A DNA stretch of 64,000 nt, taken from the NCBI GenBank assembly GCA_025594325.1, contig JANHCV010000001.1, forward strand, positions 4,774,001 to 4,838,000, read 5' to 3'. This DNA is from Blastocladiella emersonii ATCC 22665. Its lineage: Eukaryota; Fungi; Blastocladiomycota. Made by a program: the position numbers and the translations under genes. The notes beneath the pieces are model-generated. The model did no database searches. It saw only the letters and a program-made list of their open reading frames with translations, and had not been told where the DNA came from. Below, piece by piece: positions 54,490 through 64,000 of this stretch. How positions within the stretch are numbered: position 1 is the first letter of the stretch; every line of letters begins with the position of its first letter.

Positions 54490-56532
54490 TCACTCGAGGA
54501 ACTTGTTGTACGACACGAGCACCGGCTTGCCCGCGTCCTCGGCCGCCGCCGACGAGATGACCGTCGCCGTCGCCGCGCCGCCCGACGACCCCGAGGACCC
54601 GGCCGCCGTGACCACCGTCTCGCCGCCACTGCCGCCGCCAGATGGCGACGTACCCGTAGCGCCCGTGCCCGATGTGAACGACATGGACGACGTGCGCGGG
54701 CCGGCCACGGGGACCGCGAGTCCGCCGTGCACCGACCGGCCGGACGCCGTTGGTGTCGCTGCCGGGACGGCCTCGGACCCGCGCCGCGACGCCGACCCAG
54801 CGGCGATACTCGATCCGCGCGGGAGACTCGCGGTGCCGGCGGACCCAGGGAGCATGAGCGGGACGCCACCGCCGTGCGGCGAGTGTCCGCCGCCCGCGAC
54901 CGCGACGGCTGCCGCGACGGACGTCGAGATGGGCGCGGGCTGGTGCGGGTGGCGCGACGTGGACCGCGCGGGCGTCGTGGACGTGAAGGCGCTGGCCATG
55001 GCGGAGCCGTACACGGGCGTGCTGGTGCTTCCGACGGCACTGCCACCACCGTTGTTGTTTCCGGAGAGCCACCCGCCCGCGTCGTGCAGCGTGACGACGC
55101 TGCGCGCCGAGTTGGTGAGCGAGCCCGCATGCGCGCGGCGGACGGCCGCGGCCCCGCCCCCGCCGCCGCCGGCGCCGGCCGGGACCATGGCGGGGGACAC
55201 GAGCGCGTCGCCGGCCGCGGGGACCGCCATGAACCCAGACGCCCCGCCGCCACCACCACTACTACTTCCACTGCCACCGAGCGCGTCGCCGCCGAGGACA
55301 AAGTCACGCACCAGGTCCTGGAAGAACGACTGGAGCGTCTCCGAGTAGGCGTAGTCGAGCGGGGTCCACCGCTTCTTGTTGCGCACCATAAAATTCGCCC
55401 CGCGCGCCACGAGCAGCGCCACGATGCTGAAGTGGTTGTACGCGGCCGCCTGGTGCAGCGCCGTGTTGCCGTCGTGGTCCGCGTGCGTGATGGACGCGCC
55501 CATGTCCAAAAACATGGTGACGAGCAGCTCGGACCCGACCACGCACGCCGCGAGCAGCGGCGTCACCCCGTGCACATTCGCGGCGTTGAGCATCGCCGGC
55601 CACTCGCGCAGGAGCTCCTCGCACATGTCCGTGTTCTTGGCCCGCGTCGCGACGATGAGGGGCGAGTTGCCCTCGAAATCGCGGATCGGGGACCGGAACG
55701 TGAGCTCGCCCGAGGACGGGCGGTTGGCTGCCGCCGCTGGTGTTGGAGCAGGGGCTGCAGGGACGGCGGGCCGCCGCGGGGTCGCTGCGGGCGTCGGCGG
55801 CGCGGCGTGCGCGAGCATGGGCGGCGTCATGGACCCGAGCATGCGCGGGGCGCTGGCGGCCGCGGGCGACGGCGGTGCCGACGACACGGGCGACGCAATG
55901 TGCCGGCGCACCGGGTACCGCGTCGGGTGCATGGCGAGCAGCGTCGACGCGAGGCTGTCGCCGCCTTCCGCCGCGGGCGCCACAACCGCTGCTTGTTCAC
56001 CGTCAAGGTGCCGCGGCTTCGGCGCCAGCATCGCGACCTCCTCCTCCTCCTCGGCCGCGGCCGCCGCCGACAGCTCGCGCTGCACGTGCTCGTCCTTGAC
56101 GTAGAACTGGAGCAGGTACCGCGCGAAATCGTTGCGGTGCAGCTCGATGGCGTGGTACAGGAGCGGGCGGCCGGTACGCGGGTCCGTGACGCGCGCGTCG
56201 CGCGGGTACGCGGCAATGTGGTCCTCGAACGCGACCCACTTGTTGTCGCTGATGCAGTGCGCGAGCGTGGCCAGGCGCATCTGCGCCGAGACCGGCGGCT
56301 CGTGCGCGCGCGACCGCGACAGGTACGGGGCCGGCGGCGTCGGCGTGTCGATGGCGGTCGCGCGCAGGCGCGCACCGCTACCGCTGTAGTGCCGCGGGCG
56401 CCGCGGAAGGCCGATGCCGAGCTGCGATGCGGTGCCGCCGCCGCCCGAGGTCGACGAGTTGAGCGTCCCGTACAGGTTCGGGTGGTGCCGCGCCGACGGC
56501 AGGCCCGTGATGGGCCGGATGCCGAGGTTCAT
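54490..56532 (-). CDS. Ankyrin-repeat protein, fungal Avo2-like (tentative)
   Basis: GNSPLIVA, GVTPLLAAC, GNTALHQAAAYNHFSIVALLVARGA, RNKKRWTPLDYAYSETLQSFFQDLV; G/S/A-rich tail. Confidence 0.75.
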   Translation of the reverse strand: MNLGIRPITGLPSARHHPNLYGTLNSSTSGGGGTASQLGIGLPRRPRHYSGSGARLRATAIDTPTPPAPYLSRSRAHEPPVSAQMRLATLAHCISDNKWVAFEDHIAAYPRDARVTDPRTGRPLLYHAIELHRNDFARYLLQFYVKDEHVQRELSAAAAAEEEEEVAMLAPKPRHLDGEQAAVVAPAAEGGDSLASTLLAMHPTRYPVRRHIASPVSSAPPSPAAASAPRMLGSMTPPMLAHAAPPTPAATPRRPAVPAAPAPTPAAAANRPSSGELTFRSPIRDFEGNSPLIVATRAKNTDMCEELLREWPAMLNAANVHGVTPLLAACVVGSELLVTMFLDMGASITHADHDGNTALHQAAAYNHFSIVALLVARGANFMVRNKKRWTPLDYAYSETLQSFFQDLVRDFVLGGDALGGSGSSSGGGGGASGFMAVPAAGDALVSPAMVPAGAGGGGGGAAAVRRAHAGSLTNSARSVVTLHDAGGWLSGNNNGGGSAVGSTSTPVYGSAMASAFTSTTPARSTSRHPHQPAPISTSVAAAVAVAGGGHSPHGGGVPLMLPGSAGTASLPRGSSIAAGSASRRGSEAVPAATPTASGRSVHGGLAVPVAGPRTSSMSFTSGTGATGTSPSGGGSGGETVVTAAGSSGSSGGAATATVISSAAAEDAGKPVLVSYNKFLE

Positions 56533-57024
56533 GGTTGGTGGTGTGCGAGGAGGGGATAGATGTACAAGTCTCGCGTGTTCGCTCACTCGGTCGTCGCCGT
56601 GCGTGCGGGCAGTCTATGCAGGGTGCCGATGCGTGGGGTTGCGCTCGCAGGGCGACTTTTGTTTGCGATGACGAGCTTGCTTTCAGGAGAGAGAGCGGGA
56701 GCGAGAGCTGTGCGGCTCTCATGAGGGACGCTCGCTGAGGCGCAAGCCGTCCAGCCCGCACACGTGAAGGATCGGCGCGGCGCGTCGCGTCTCGCGTCTC
56801 GCCCGGCGACCTGCTCGGCGACGGGCACGACCAACGAAACCATCCATGTGCTGGGCTCAACCCCAGTGGTCTCCCCGAAAAAATGAAGCCCACGTGACCT
56901 AGAGCGCGGTCGTCACATAGCGACGCGTCACCTGACCGGCAAGCACCACATAAGCCACCCCTTTTTTGCCCTTTGCTCGCTCCTCATCTCATGAAAACAC
57001 CCATGAAGCTTCCACCATGTTAAC

Positions 57025-57970
57025 ATGCAGCAATGGCATCTCTGTGACCCAATAAAAGTCGCTGAACCTCGTCACGACGCCGTCTTCACACTGAGCGAGG
57101 CGAGGGGAAATGTCGCAACGAGCCCTGACGGTAAGGTGATGCCAAGCGAGGCGTATGCGGTGCTGCTGAGGACTGCGACGTTACGTTCGTGCTCGCGACG
57201 GCCGAGACCACGGGCGAGTGGCCGTTGACCCTCCCGCCGCTCCACCTTCCACGGGTTGGAGCGCCGCCGCGTCGTCAGCAACCGCCTATCGTGTCCGCCA
57301 CCCCGCACAACCCGTCGCTCGCCTTCGACGTCGAGCGGTACTACAGCCAGTGGTTCTCTCTTCCGTGACCCGCCTGTGTACCGTGATCAAGGGCGCCGAC
57401 CAGCTCGCGCACTGCCTCGGTCTCAATGTGCGCGAGTTTGTACGCATGTCGGTGCGGCCGACGGCACGGGGAGCGGTGACGCGACCAACAACGTGCAGCT
57501 GCTCAACGCCATGCTCTCGGCGAGGAACGGTTCGCCGCCGTTGAGGAGCTGTACATGCGGCGCAAGAGCCCGGCGTGTATCGCGTCGACAGACCCGTCCC
57601 TCGCCACTGACTCGCTGCGCGCCGCCGACGGGACCTACCCGGACGCGGCCATGATGCCCGGCGCCGTATCTCTCTGCTAGTCGTCCACGCGCCGCCCATC
57701 GCCAGAGCGACCGCACAGGTCGTGATGCAGCTCCACGCGCATGCCGCCTGGTACGCGCAGCAATGGCTCGTGTGCAATGACGCGGTGTGCGCGTGGTACA
57801 CGCGCAACACCGGCCGCGCGGGGCTCGTGTCTACTCGCCAAACGCGCTGCTCCGCCAACTTGCCTACTACACGCACCCGCTCGACGCTGACGAGGCGGCG
57901 GCGACCACGGCCAAGCTCCTCGCGCATGCACACTAGTTCTACATCGCGATCAACGCTTACTTTTCCGTGA
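57025..57970 (+). pseudogene. Possible frameshifted gene or TE remnant, unclassified
   Basis: Several short coding-like stretches in alternating frames (e.g. LAFDVERYYSQW, FAAVEELYMRRK, AWYAQQWLVCNDAVCAWY) without clean splice sites. Confidence 0.25.
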
Positions 57971-58536
57971 ACACCGCACCCAGGTCGAACTCGCGTCGCT
58001 CTTCACGTTTATGCGGGCGCGGAAGCAACGGCGGCGGTGCTCAAAGTCGGACGGCGATCTCATAGCGGGTTGAATGAAGAGCTTCAACATGTTGCTCAGC
58101 TCGGAACTTGATGGGTCAGCGGCCACACGAGGCGCAGGCAGAGCTTGAGACGCATGCGCTGGCGACTCAGCTCGAGACGCGCCGAGATATAATCTGGGCC
58201 CTCGGCGGGATGATCTTTGTGTCAGGTTCGATGTCGCGCGCGCCTCGACGTAGCTCACTCATGCAGTGAAGGCGGCGGTCAACGGAAGAAAAGTCGCCGC
58301 GGAGCGGCGGCCGCGTCGGTCGCGGCGAGCAACCAAACGCGTCCAGCTTCGTGGTCCTATGGATCAGCGTGCACGCGCGCGTGGGCTGCAATAGAGATCG
58401 GCGAGATCCATAGTCGCTGACGGGTCAAATCACTCATGACCATGGTCATGACCATGGCCATGGTGACGCTCCTCGCTCCTCTGATCACATCGCAGAGGTT
58501 CAACACGCGGAAGCGGAAAATATCATCGAGGTGCCA

Positions 58537-58592
58537 GTTGAGTTGAGGTTGAGTTGAGGTTGAGTTGGGGAAGTTGAGGTTGAGTTGGGGAG
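58537..58592. repeat. Short imperfect GTTGAG/GTTGA tandem repeat
   Basis: GAGTTGAGGTT-type 11-bp units, about 5 copies. Confidence 0.7.
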
Positions 58593-58763
58593 GGGTGGGT
58601 GGGGTGGGGGTGGGGGAGGGGTGGGGGAGGGGCGGGGTTGAAAGCCCAGCACGGAGGGGAGCAGTTCCTAACGCTACCGGTCGCCAATTTCCACGTTCCT
58701 TCCTCGACAACTCAAATGATAAAACATCAGAAGAATATACACTCACTCGTTCGTTCTTTCACC

Positions 58764-61370
58764 TCACCCACGCGCCGCAATCGCGACCATCCCGAGCCCG
58801 TGCGCGACATGCTCAACGCCCGCGACGAGCGCCGCGGGCACCCAGCGCCGCGCGCCGCCGGGCCACCCGAACACGGTCTCGCGGGCGGCCTCGAGGACCG
58901 ACCACACGTCGGGCGGGTACGGCAGCGCGACGAGGAACGCGGCCGTTGCAGCGGTCGCCGTCGTCGTCGTCTCCTCGGCCGCCGCCGCCGCGCACCCGAT
59001 GGCCGTCGCGGCGAGGGCCACCTCGTCAACGGGAGCGCCCGTCATCGCCGACGCAGCGCTCGCAGCGGCTGCAACGTGTGGCCACCACCACGGCGCGGAC
59101 CCGCCACCACCGCTCCCGTGATGACCCCCACCGCCGCTTCCGCCGCCATGGCTGACGACGACCTCGGCAACCCGCTGCACGACGGCGTTCGCAATCTCCG
59201 CGTCGACCGTCGCCAACCCCGTCTCGCGTCCCGCGGCCGCCGATGCCGCGAGCGCGATCGACCGCGCGTACCAGACGCCGGCGCCAAACGAGACGCCCGC
59301 GACGGCGACCGAGAACGAGACGAACGACGCCATATTCGCCGCATTCGCAAGCACCGCGCGGATCCAGCTGAGCGGGCCGGGCGGGGTCAGGAGCCACGAC
59401 CGGAGCGCGGTGAGGAGCGACGTGGTGGTGCGGGGCCGTGGACGCGTGCGCGGGCGGGTACGGCGAGGTGGCGGTGATGGCGCGGGAGATGTGACGGCGA
59501 GGCTGTGGCTGCGCCGGTGCGGATGCGCGACGGCTGCGCGGCGGCGGAGGGCGTACGCCGCAGAGTCGGTGCTGGACTCGCTCGCGGTGCGCATCGCCGC
59601 GGGCGGGAGCATCAGCGGCGACGACTCGGCGGCCGCGGGGACGGCTGGTTCGGCGGCTGCGGTGGGCGCAAACGTGGTCGACGGCGCCGTCGGGACCATC
59701 TCGGGCGTCGGGGCCACGGCGCGCGCAGCAGCGGCCTCGGCGACGCGCGCGACGCGCCGGTCCAGCGGGTGCAGCTGCTCGTCGACGGCGGCGGTGGCGC
59801 CCGTGCTCGACGAGGTGAAGATGGGCGAGAGCGAGCCCGGGCAGCTCGCGGTGCTCTCGGACGAGGCGACCACGACCCCGTGGTCGATGTGGATGGCGGT
59901 GAGGTGCATGACCTCGTCAACGGCAATGGACGAGGTCGGCGTGATGAGCGGGGTGTCGGCGAGGACGGCCGTGTCGCCCAGGTGCTCGTCGTCGTGGTCG
60001 TGGTCGTCGGGCTCGCTGGACGGCGATATTGGGTCGACGTGGTGGGGCGGCGACAGCTCGATGTTGTTGGTGGGCGCGAGGTGGAGGGAGGTGGGCGGGG
60101 TGACGGCGGGCGAGATCCACTTGGGCGTCGCGCCGTGCACGTCGGTCACGGACCCGGCGAGCAGGGGCGACGCGGCCGACGGCAGGTTGCCAAAGTTGGT
60201 CGCCAGACTAGATCGCGTCGTTAGCATTCATTGTGAAGGAAACGGAAGGAGACGCGCGTACAGGCGCGAGATGAGCTCCGAGTGCTCGGCGGACATGGGC
60301 ATGCGGAGGATAGGCGACGTGGCGCGCGACGGCGGGACCGAGCACGTCGGTGCGGCGATGGGCGTCACGGCGCGGAGCGCGCCCGGGTCGCTCGACGCCA
60401 TGCGCACGGGGCTGGCGCGCGCGGGTGACGCGGTCGCGGCCACGCGCGGCGGCGAGGTTGGCGTCGTCGCGTCGAGCTCGGGAACACGCGTCGGGATGCC
60501 GAGGATCTGCGACTCGGCCACGGCGGGGCCGACGGGGAAGCAGACGACGGGTGCAGGTGCCAGCGGCTGTGCGGATGGCGGTTCAGTCGCGAGCGCGATG
60601 GACTCGAGCTCGGGCGCGACGACGACGGCAGCGGCCGCTGGTGTGGAGGGCTCGGGCAGCGGGTCCATGGCCGGTACCTCGACCGCGGGCGGAGCGGGGA
60701 TGGGGATGGGCGGCGGCGGCGAGGCCGTGAGCACGCGGACGTCGGCAATCGACGGGACGAGGTCGAGCGCGGGGCTCGCGGGCGGCGGGTGTCGCGACGC
60801 AGGCGCGAGGTCGGGCTCGAGCGCGGGCGGGTACGCCGGGCTGCGGAGCGGGTGGATGAGCGACGCTGCGTCGGCGGCCGAGACGTCGACCCACGCTACA
60901 CGAGCACACGACGCGAGTGAGTCCTCGCTCCATCGCGCACAATGTCAACGCAGAGGCGTGCAGTTGTCGAGCAGGATCGCGCGCGGCGTCAACGGGCGCG
61001 CCGCGACGTCGCCGGCTGCGGAGACATGGTGCGGTGTGCGGCGTCGCCCGCGGCCGCTGTCGGCGCGCGGCATGGCGAGGTGCGGCGGTGGCGGATGCGC
61101 TCCGGTCGCAGCGTGATGGGCGGCGGCGTGCAGGTAGACGGGCGACACGTCGACGTGGAGGAACGGCGAGGCGAACCCGGCCCCGCTGCCGAGCCGTCCG
61201 CTGCCGTCGGCCGTGCGCGGATGGCCGCCGCCGCCGTCGTCCGAGGCCACGTCGTCCATGGAGAGCAGGATGGGCGACGACGTCCACGACGCCGCGTCGC
61301 ACAGCAGCTCGGGCTCGCGGTCGGGCAACGCGGGCGGGTGCGGGTGCGGGTGCGGGTGGTTGGTGCTCAT
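58764..61370 (-). CDS. Low-complexity Pro/Ala/Ser-rich protein with one or two predicted TM segments (3 exons)
   Basis: Introns 60896-60961 (GC-AG) and about 60209-60259 (GTACGC...CTAG) join three ORFs in frame; hydrophobic ASFVSFSVAVAGVSFGAGVWY; start uncertain (61370 or 61586). Confidence 0.55.
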
Positions 61371-61703
61371 GGCGGCGGATGGATGGATTGAGGCGAGACC
61401 GATGAGGGAGGGACGAAGGTCAGTCGCCCGTGTCGATGCGTCGTGTTGGGATTGCGCCGAGTCGGCGCTAGCGTCTCGACGCTCTTCTTTCACGGCTATC
61501 GGCGGTATCGCGGAGGAGAGTGCGATGGCGCCATGGGGGCGTCGGCGTCGGTGGGGGCGAGGCGCAGCGCGCAGCGCAACGGTCACGCGCGCCGAGCGGT
61601 TGCGAAACGCGTCGCGCCGCGGGATCTGCAGGTGGCACGTGGGGCTCGCAGGGGCGTTTATTATTAATTACATGTCAACTAGCACTCGTCCGTCCATGAG
61701 ACA

Positions 61704-63623
61704 CTACGCCTTGGTCTCGGGCGGCGACGCGACCTTGGCCGTCGCGTCCGAGACGACCTTGACGGCGTCCTGTGCGCGTCGGCGGGCCTCGCCAGCGAGC
61801 GCCTGGAACGCGAGGAACAGGTCGACGCGGGACGTGGTCGGGTCCTCGGCGAGCTGCTGCGCCTGGCCGATGAGCAGCTCCATCTCGTCCGGGTACTGCG
61901 CGCGGACGACGGCCAGGATCTGCGCCTTGCACACGCTGGGCCACGCCGCGTCCTTGGGGTGCAGCGCGAGCTTGGCCGCGTACGCGGCGCCCAGCGTCTT
62001 GGGCGAGTCGCGCCGCGCCGGCCGCGTCCCGCGCGTGTACGGCAGACCGAAGAAGCGGTGCGCGTGCTCGTTGGCGTCCTCAGTGGCATCCCAGATGGCC
62101 GAGTCAAGTTTCGCCGCGCCGTACCCGCCCACGACGCCGCCCGCGAGCCCGCCCACCACGCCCGCGGCCAGGAGCACCCAGCCGGCCGGGTTGCTGACGA
62201 GCGCGAGCGTCGCGGCTGTCGTCGCGGCCGCAGCGACCACGCCGCCCGCGGTCCCGCCGAGCGCGGTCGCCGACCGCTTGCGGAACTCGATGACCGTGAT
62301 CTTGCCGCGGTGGAGGAGCGACAGGTCGTGGAGCATCATGAGCCCCGTGGTGACGGTGGCGACGCCGCTGGCCTCGAGCAGAGGCGAGAACTTGGTGAGC
62401 GTCGGTCCCCACAGCGAGCCCGCCAGGGCGTCGCCGTGCATGGCCGTGAACCCGCCGACGCCGCCAATCGCCGTCTTGGCCGCAATCGCCTCGGCCTTGT
62501 CGTACTGCGTGCGCCCGGGCGTCGCGTCCTTGAGCTCGGTCGCGAGTGCGAACACGAAGGTCCCGAGCGCCGCGGTCCCGACGGCGCCGACGACGTTGGG
62601 CCCGGCCGACGGGCCCGTGCTCCCGTTGTTGCGCTGCACAATCGACGTGAGCAGCTTGCGCACGTCCTCGGGGTCGACGGGCGACGAGATGTCGGACGTG
62701 TACAGCGCCGACGCCTGCATCGCGTCCTCGGCGCGCAGGTGCAGGCTCGCGTCGCGAGGTTTCGCCGACCGCCACTGCTGCAGCACCCACGCCGCTGCGT
62801 CCGCCGCCTCGGTGCCCTTGTGTGCGTCGTCGAGCCCGGCCTGCGACGCGGGGGTTTGAGCGGCGAACACGCTCGCGGCCGAGGCGCGGCGCTGCCACCA
62901 CTTGCTCAGCTTGTTGCGCACCGACCCAGACTCGGCGGTGGTGGCGCGCGCGTCCGCCTCGGCGACCACGCCCTCTTCGGCGAATGCGTGCAGGACCAGC
63001 GTTTCGCGGATCCGGTCCATGACCTCGTCGACGCCCACGTCGCGCGCCCACCGGTGCGCCACGCGCTGCCCGGGCCCGGCCTTGGCCTGGAACACGCGAC
63101 ACCGGCGCGTCTTCACCTCCTCCTTTTCATCATCGGCTGCCGCCGCCAGGTCCTCGGTCGGCAACGGAATCGCGGTGAACACGAGCCGCTCACCACCCAC
63201 CACGCCCGCCTCTTCAGCCGCCGGCGCGAGAATCACCTGCACCACGCGCCCGTCGCGCAGCTCGTCCTCCATGGCGAGCACGTGCGCCTCGAGGTTGCCC
63301 GCGGCCCGCGCCACCGTGTGGATGTGCACGTCGCCCAAATCGTGCGCGGCGGACGTCGACGTGAGCGGCGCCGTCGCCCACTCGGCGGGTAGGGCGTCGT
63401 GCTCGGCGGGGTTCGCCGGTGGTGGGGCGGAAGCGACCGACTCGAGGTGCTGGTGCAGGTACTCGAGCTCGCGGACTAGCTGCTCGACCTCGTGCATCGA
63501 GAACGGGTCGGCGGCGGTTTCGGGGGCCGGGGCAGGGGCGACGGACGCAGGTGGGGTCGCGGCGCGCGAGGTCGTCGGGGCCTCGGAGGCGTCGGTGGGG
63601 GTGGGGGCGGCTGTGGCCATCAT
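61704..63623 (-). CDS. 639-aa protein with glycine-zipper hydrophobic helices and a degenerate J-domain-like C-terminus
   Basis: TALGGTAGGVVAAA...LLAAGVVGGLAGGVVGGYGAAKL; AHRFFGLP...KTLGAAYAAKLALHPKD. Confidence 0.65.
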   Translation of the reverse strand: MMATAAPTPTDASEAPTTSRAATPPASVAPAPAPETAADPFSMHEVEQLVRELEYLHQHLESVASAPPPANPAEHDALPAEWATAPLTSTSAAHDLGDVHIHTVARAAGNLEAHVLAMEDELRDGRVVQVILAPAAEEAGVVGGERLVFTAIPLPTEDLAAAADDEKEEVKTRRCRVFQAKAGPGQRVAHRWARDVGVDEVMDRIRETLVLHAFAEEGVVAEADARATTAESGSVRNKLSKWWQRRASAASVFAAQTPASQAGLDDAHKGTEAADAAAWVLQQWRSAKPRDASLHLRAEDAMQASALYTSDISSPVDPEDVRKLLTSIVQRNNGSTGPSAGPNVVGAVGTAALGTFVFALATELKDATPGRTQYDKAEAIAAKTAIGGVGGFTAMHGDALAGSLWGPTLTKFSPLLEASGVATVTTGLMMLHDLSLLHRGKITVIEFRKRSATALGGTAGGVVAAAATTAATLALVSNPAGWVLLAAGVVGGLAGGVVGGYGAAKLDSAIWDATEDANEHAHRFFGLPYTRGTRPARRDSPKTLGAAYAAKLALHPKDAAWPSVCKAQILAVVRAQYPDEMELLIGQAQQLAEDPTTSRVDLFLAFQALAGEARRRAQDAVKVVSDATAKVASPPETKA

Positions 63624-63859
63624 GATGTCGTTCTTGATGCGTTGCAGGTTTACTAGGTTGCTGCAGATAGAGAATACATGTGCGTGCGGCCAGCGCAGTT
63701 TGATGAGGGAGAGAGCGAGGCCAGGGTTCTAGAACCCCTGGCGAGGCCATGCGTGCTGCCCGCGCCACCCTTGTCCACCCAACCCCGAGCCAAGTGCAAA
63801 GAAAAGTGCTCTATAGAAAATAAAATATACACACTGCCGCCCCCTTCCTACCCTCCCTA

Positions 63860-64000
63860 CTACCGCTTGAGGAACTGCTTGTTGAGCAGCTGGATGAGCC
63901 GGGGCACCGACAGCTGGATGTACTCGAGGTCGAGCGCCATGATGCCGTCGTGCTGCTTCTCGAGCAGGTCGTCGAGCCGGAGGTCCATTTCGAGGATCGG
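63860..64000 (-). CDS. 3' end of an unidentified gene running off the window
   Basis: PILEMDLRLDDLLEKQHDGIMALDLEYIQLSVPRLIQLLNKQFLKR* with strong coding bias. Confidence 0.6.
   Translation of the reverse strand, partial: PILEMDLRLDDLLEKQHDGIMALDLEYIQLSVPRLIQLLNKQFLKR

Noticed and set aside
56760-56900. CACGTG(AC) E-box motifs in several intergenic regions
   Set aside because: A 6-8-mer of this composition is expected several times in 64 kb and also occurs inside TEs; enrichment not demonstrable by eye
58537-58620. Telomere-like or interstitial telomeric repeat
   Set aside because: GTTGAG/GTTGA units are not TTAGGG-type and the tract is very short
1-64000. tRNA, rRNA or snRNA genes
   Set aside because: No cloverleaf, A/B-box or rRNA-like sequence recognised; a covariance-model search is still needed to exclude them

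Overview
GC-rich, gene-dense eukaryotic genomic DNA with short (~55-70 bp) fungal-style introns (GTACGY donors, CTRAC/CTAAC branch points). CatSper4-like and CEP290 genes, a stand-alone PRO2 and an Snc-type synaptobrevin point to a flagellated early-diverging fungus, probably Blastocladiomycota (inference; no database search was run, and identities rest on recalled family motifs). The flanks (1-28.6 kb, 48.9-64 kb) hold mostly ordinary genes. A central accessory island (28.8-51.2 kb) holds five intronless paralogues of an unrecognised F-box-like family interleaved with transposons: (i) a 1,010-bp TA-flanked TIR element with a passenger ORF, whose empty site survives in the paralogous spacer; (ii) a ~2.56-kb TIR element with a decayed Myb/SANT ORF and a 26-bp minisatellite; (iii) a full-length but inactivated Ty1/copia element with a 5-bp TSD and a Ty5-type half-tRNA PBS; (iv) a probable further degenerate TIR element. 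Elements ii and iii sit inside the same F-box gene. The copia damage is mostly CpG transitions, which suggests TE-targeted 5mC. Other notable points: 4 of about 34 placed introns appear to be GC-AG, and there is a secreted two-block Cys/Tyr repeat protein, a fully charged S4 in CatSper4, and a Glu-to-Lys change at the catalytic site of carboxypeptidase Q. No rRNA, tRNA or CRISPR array was seen.
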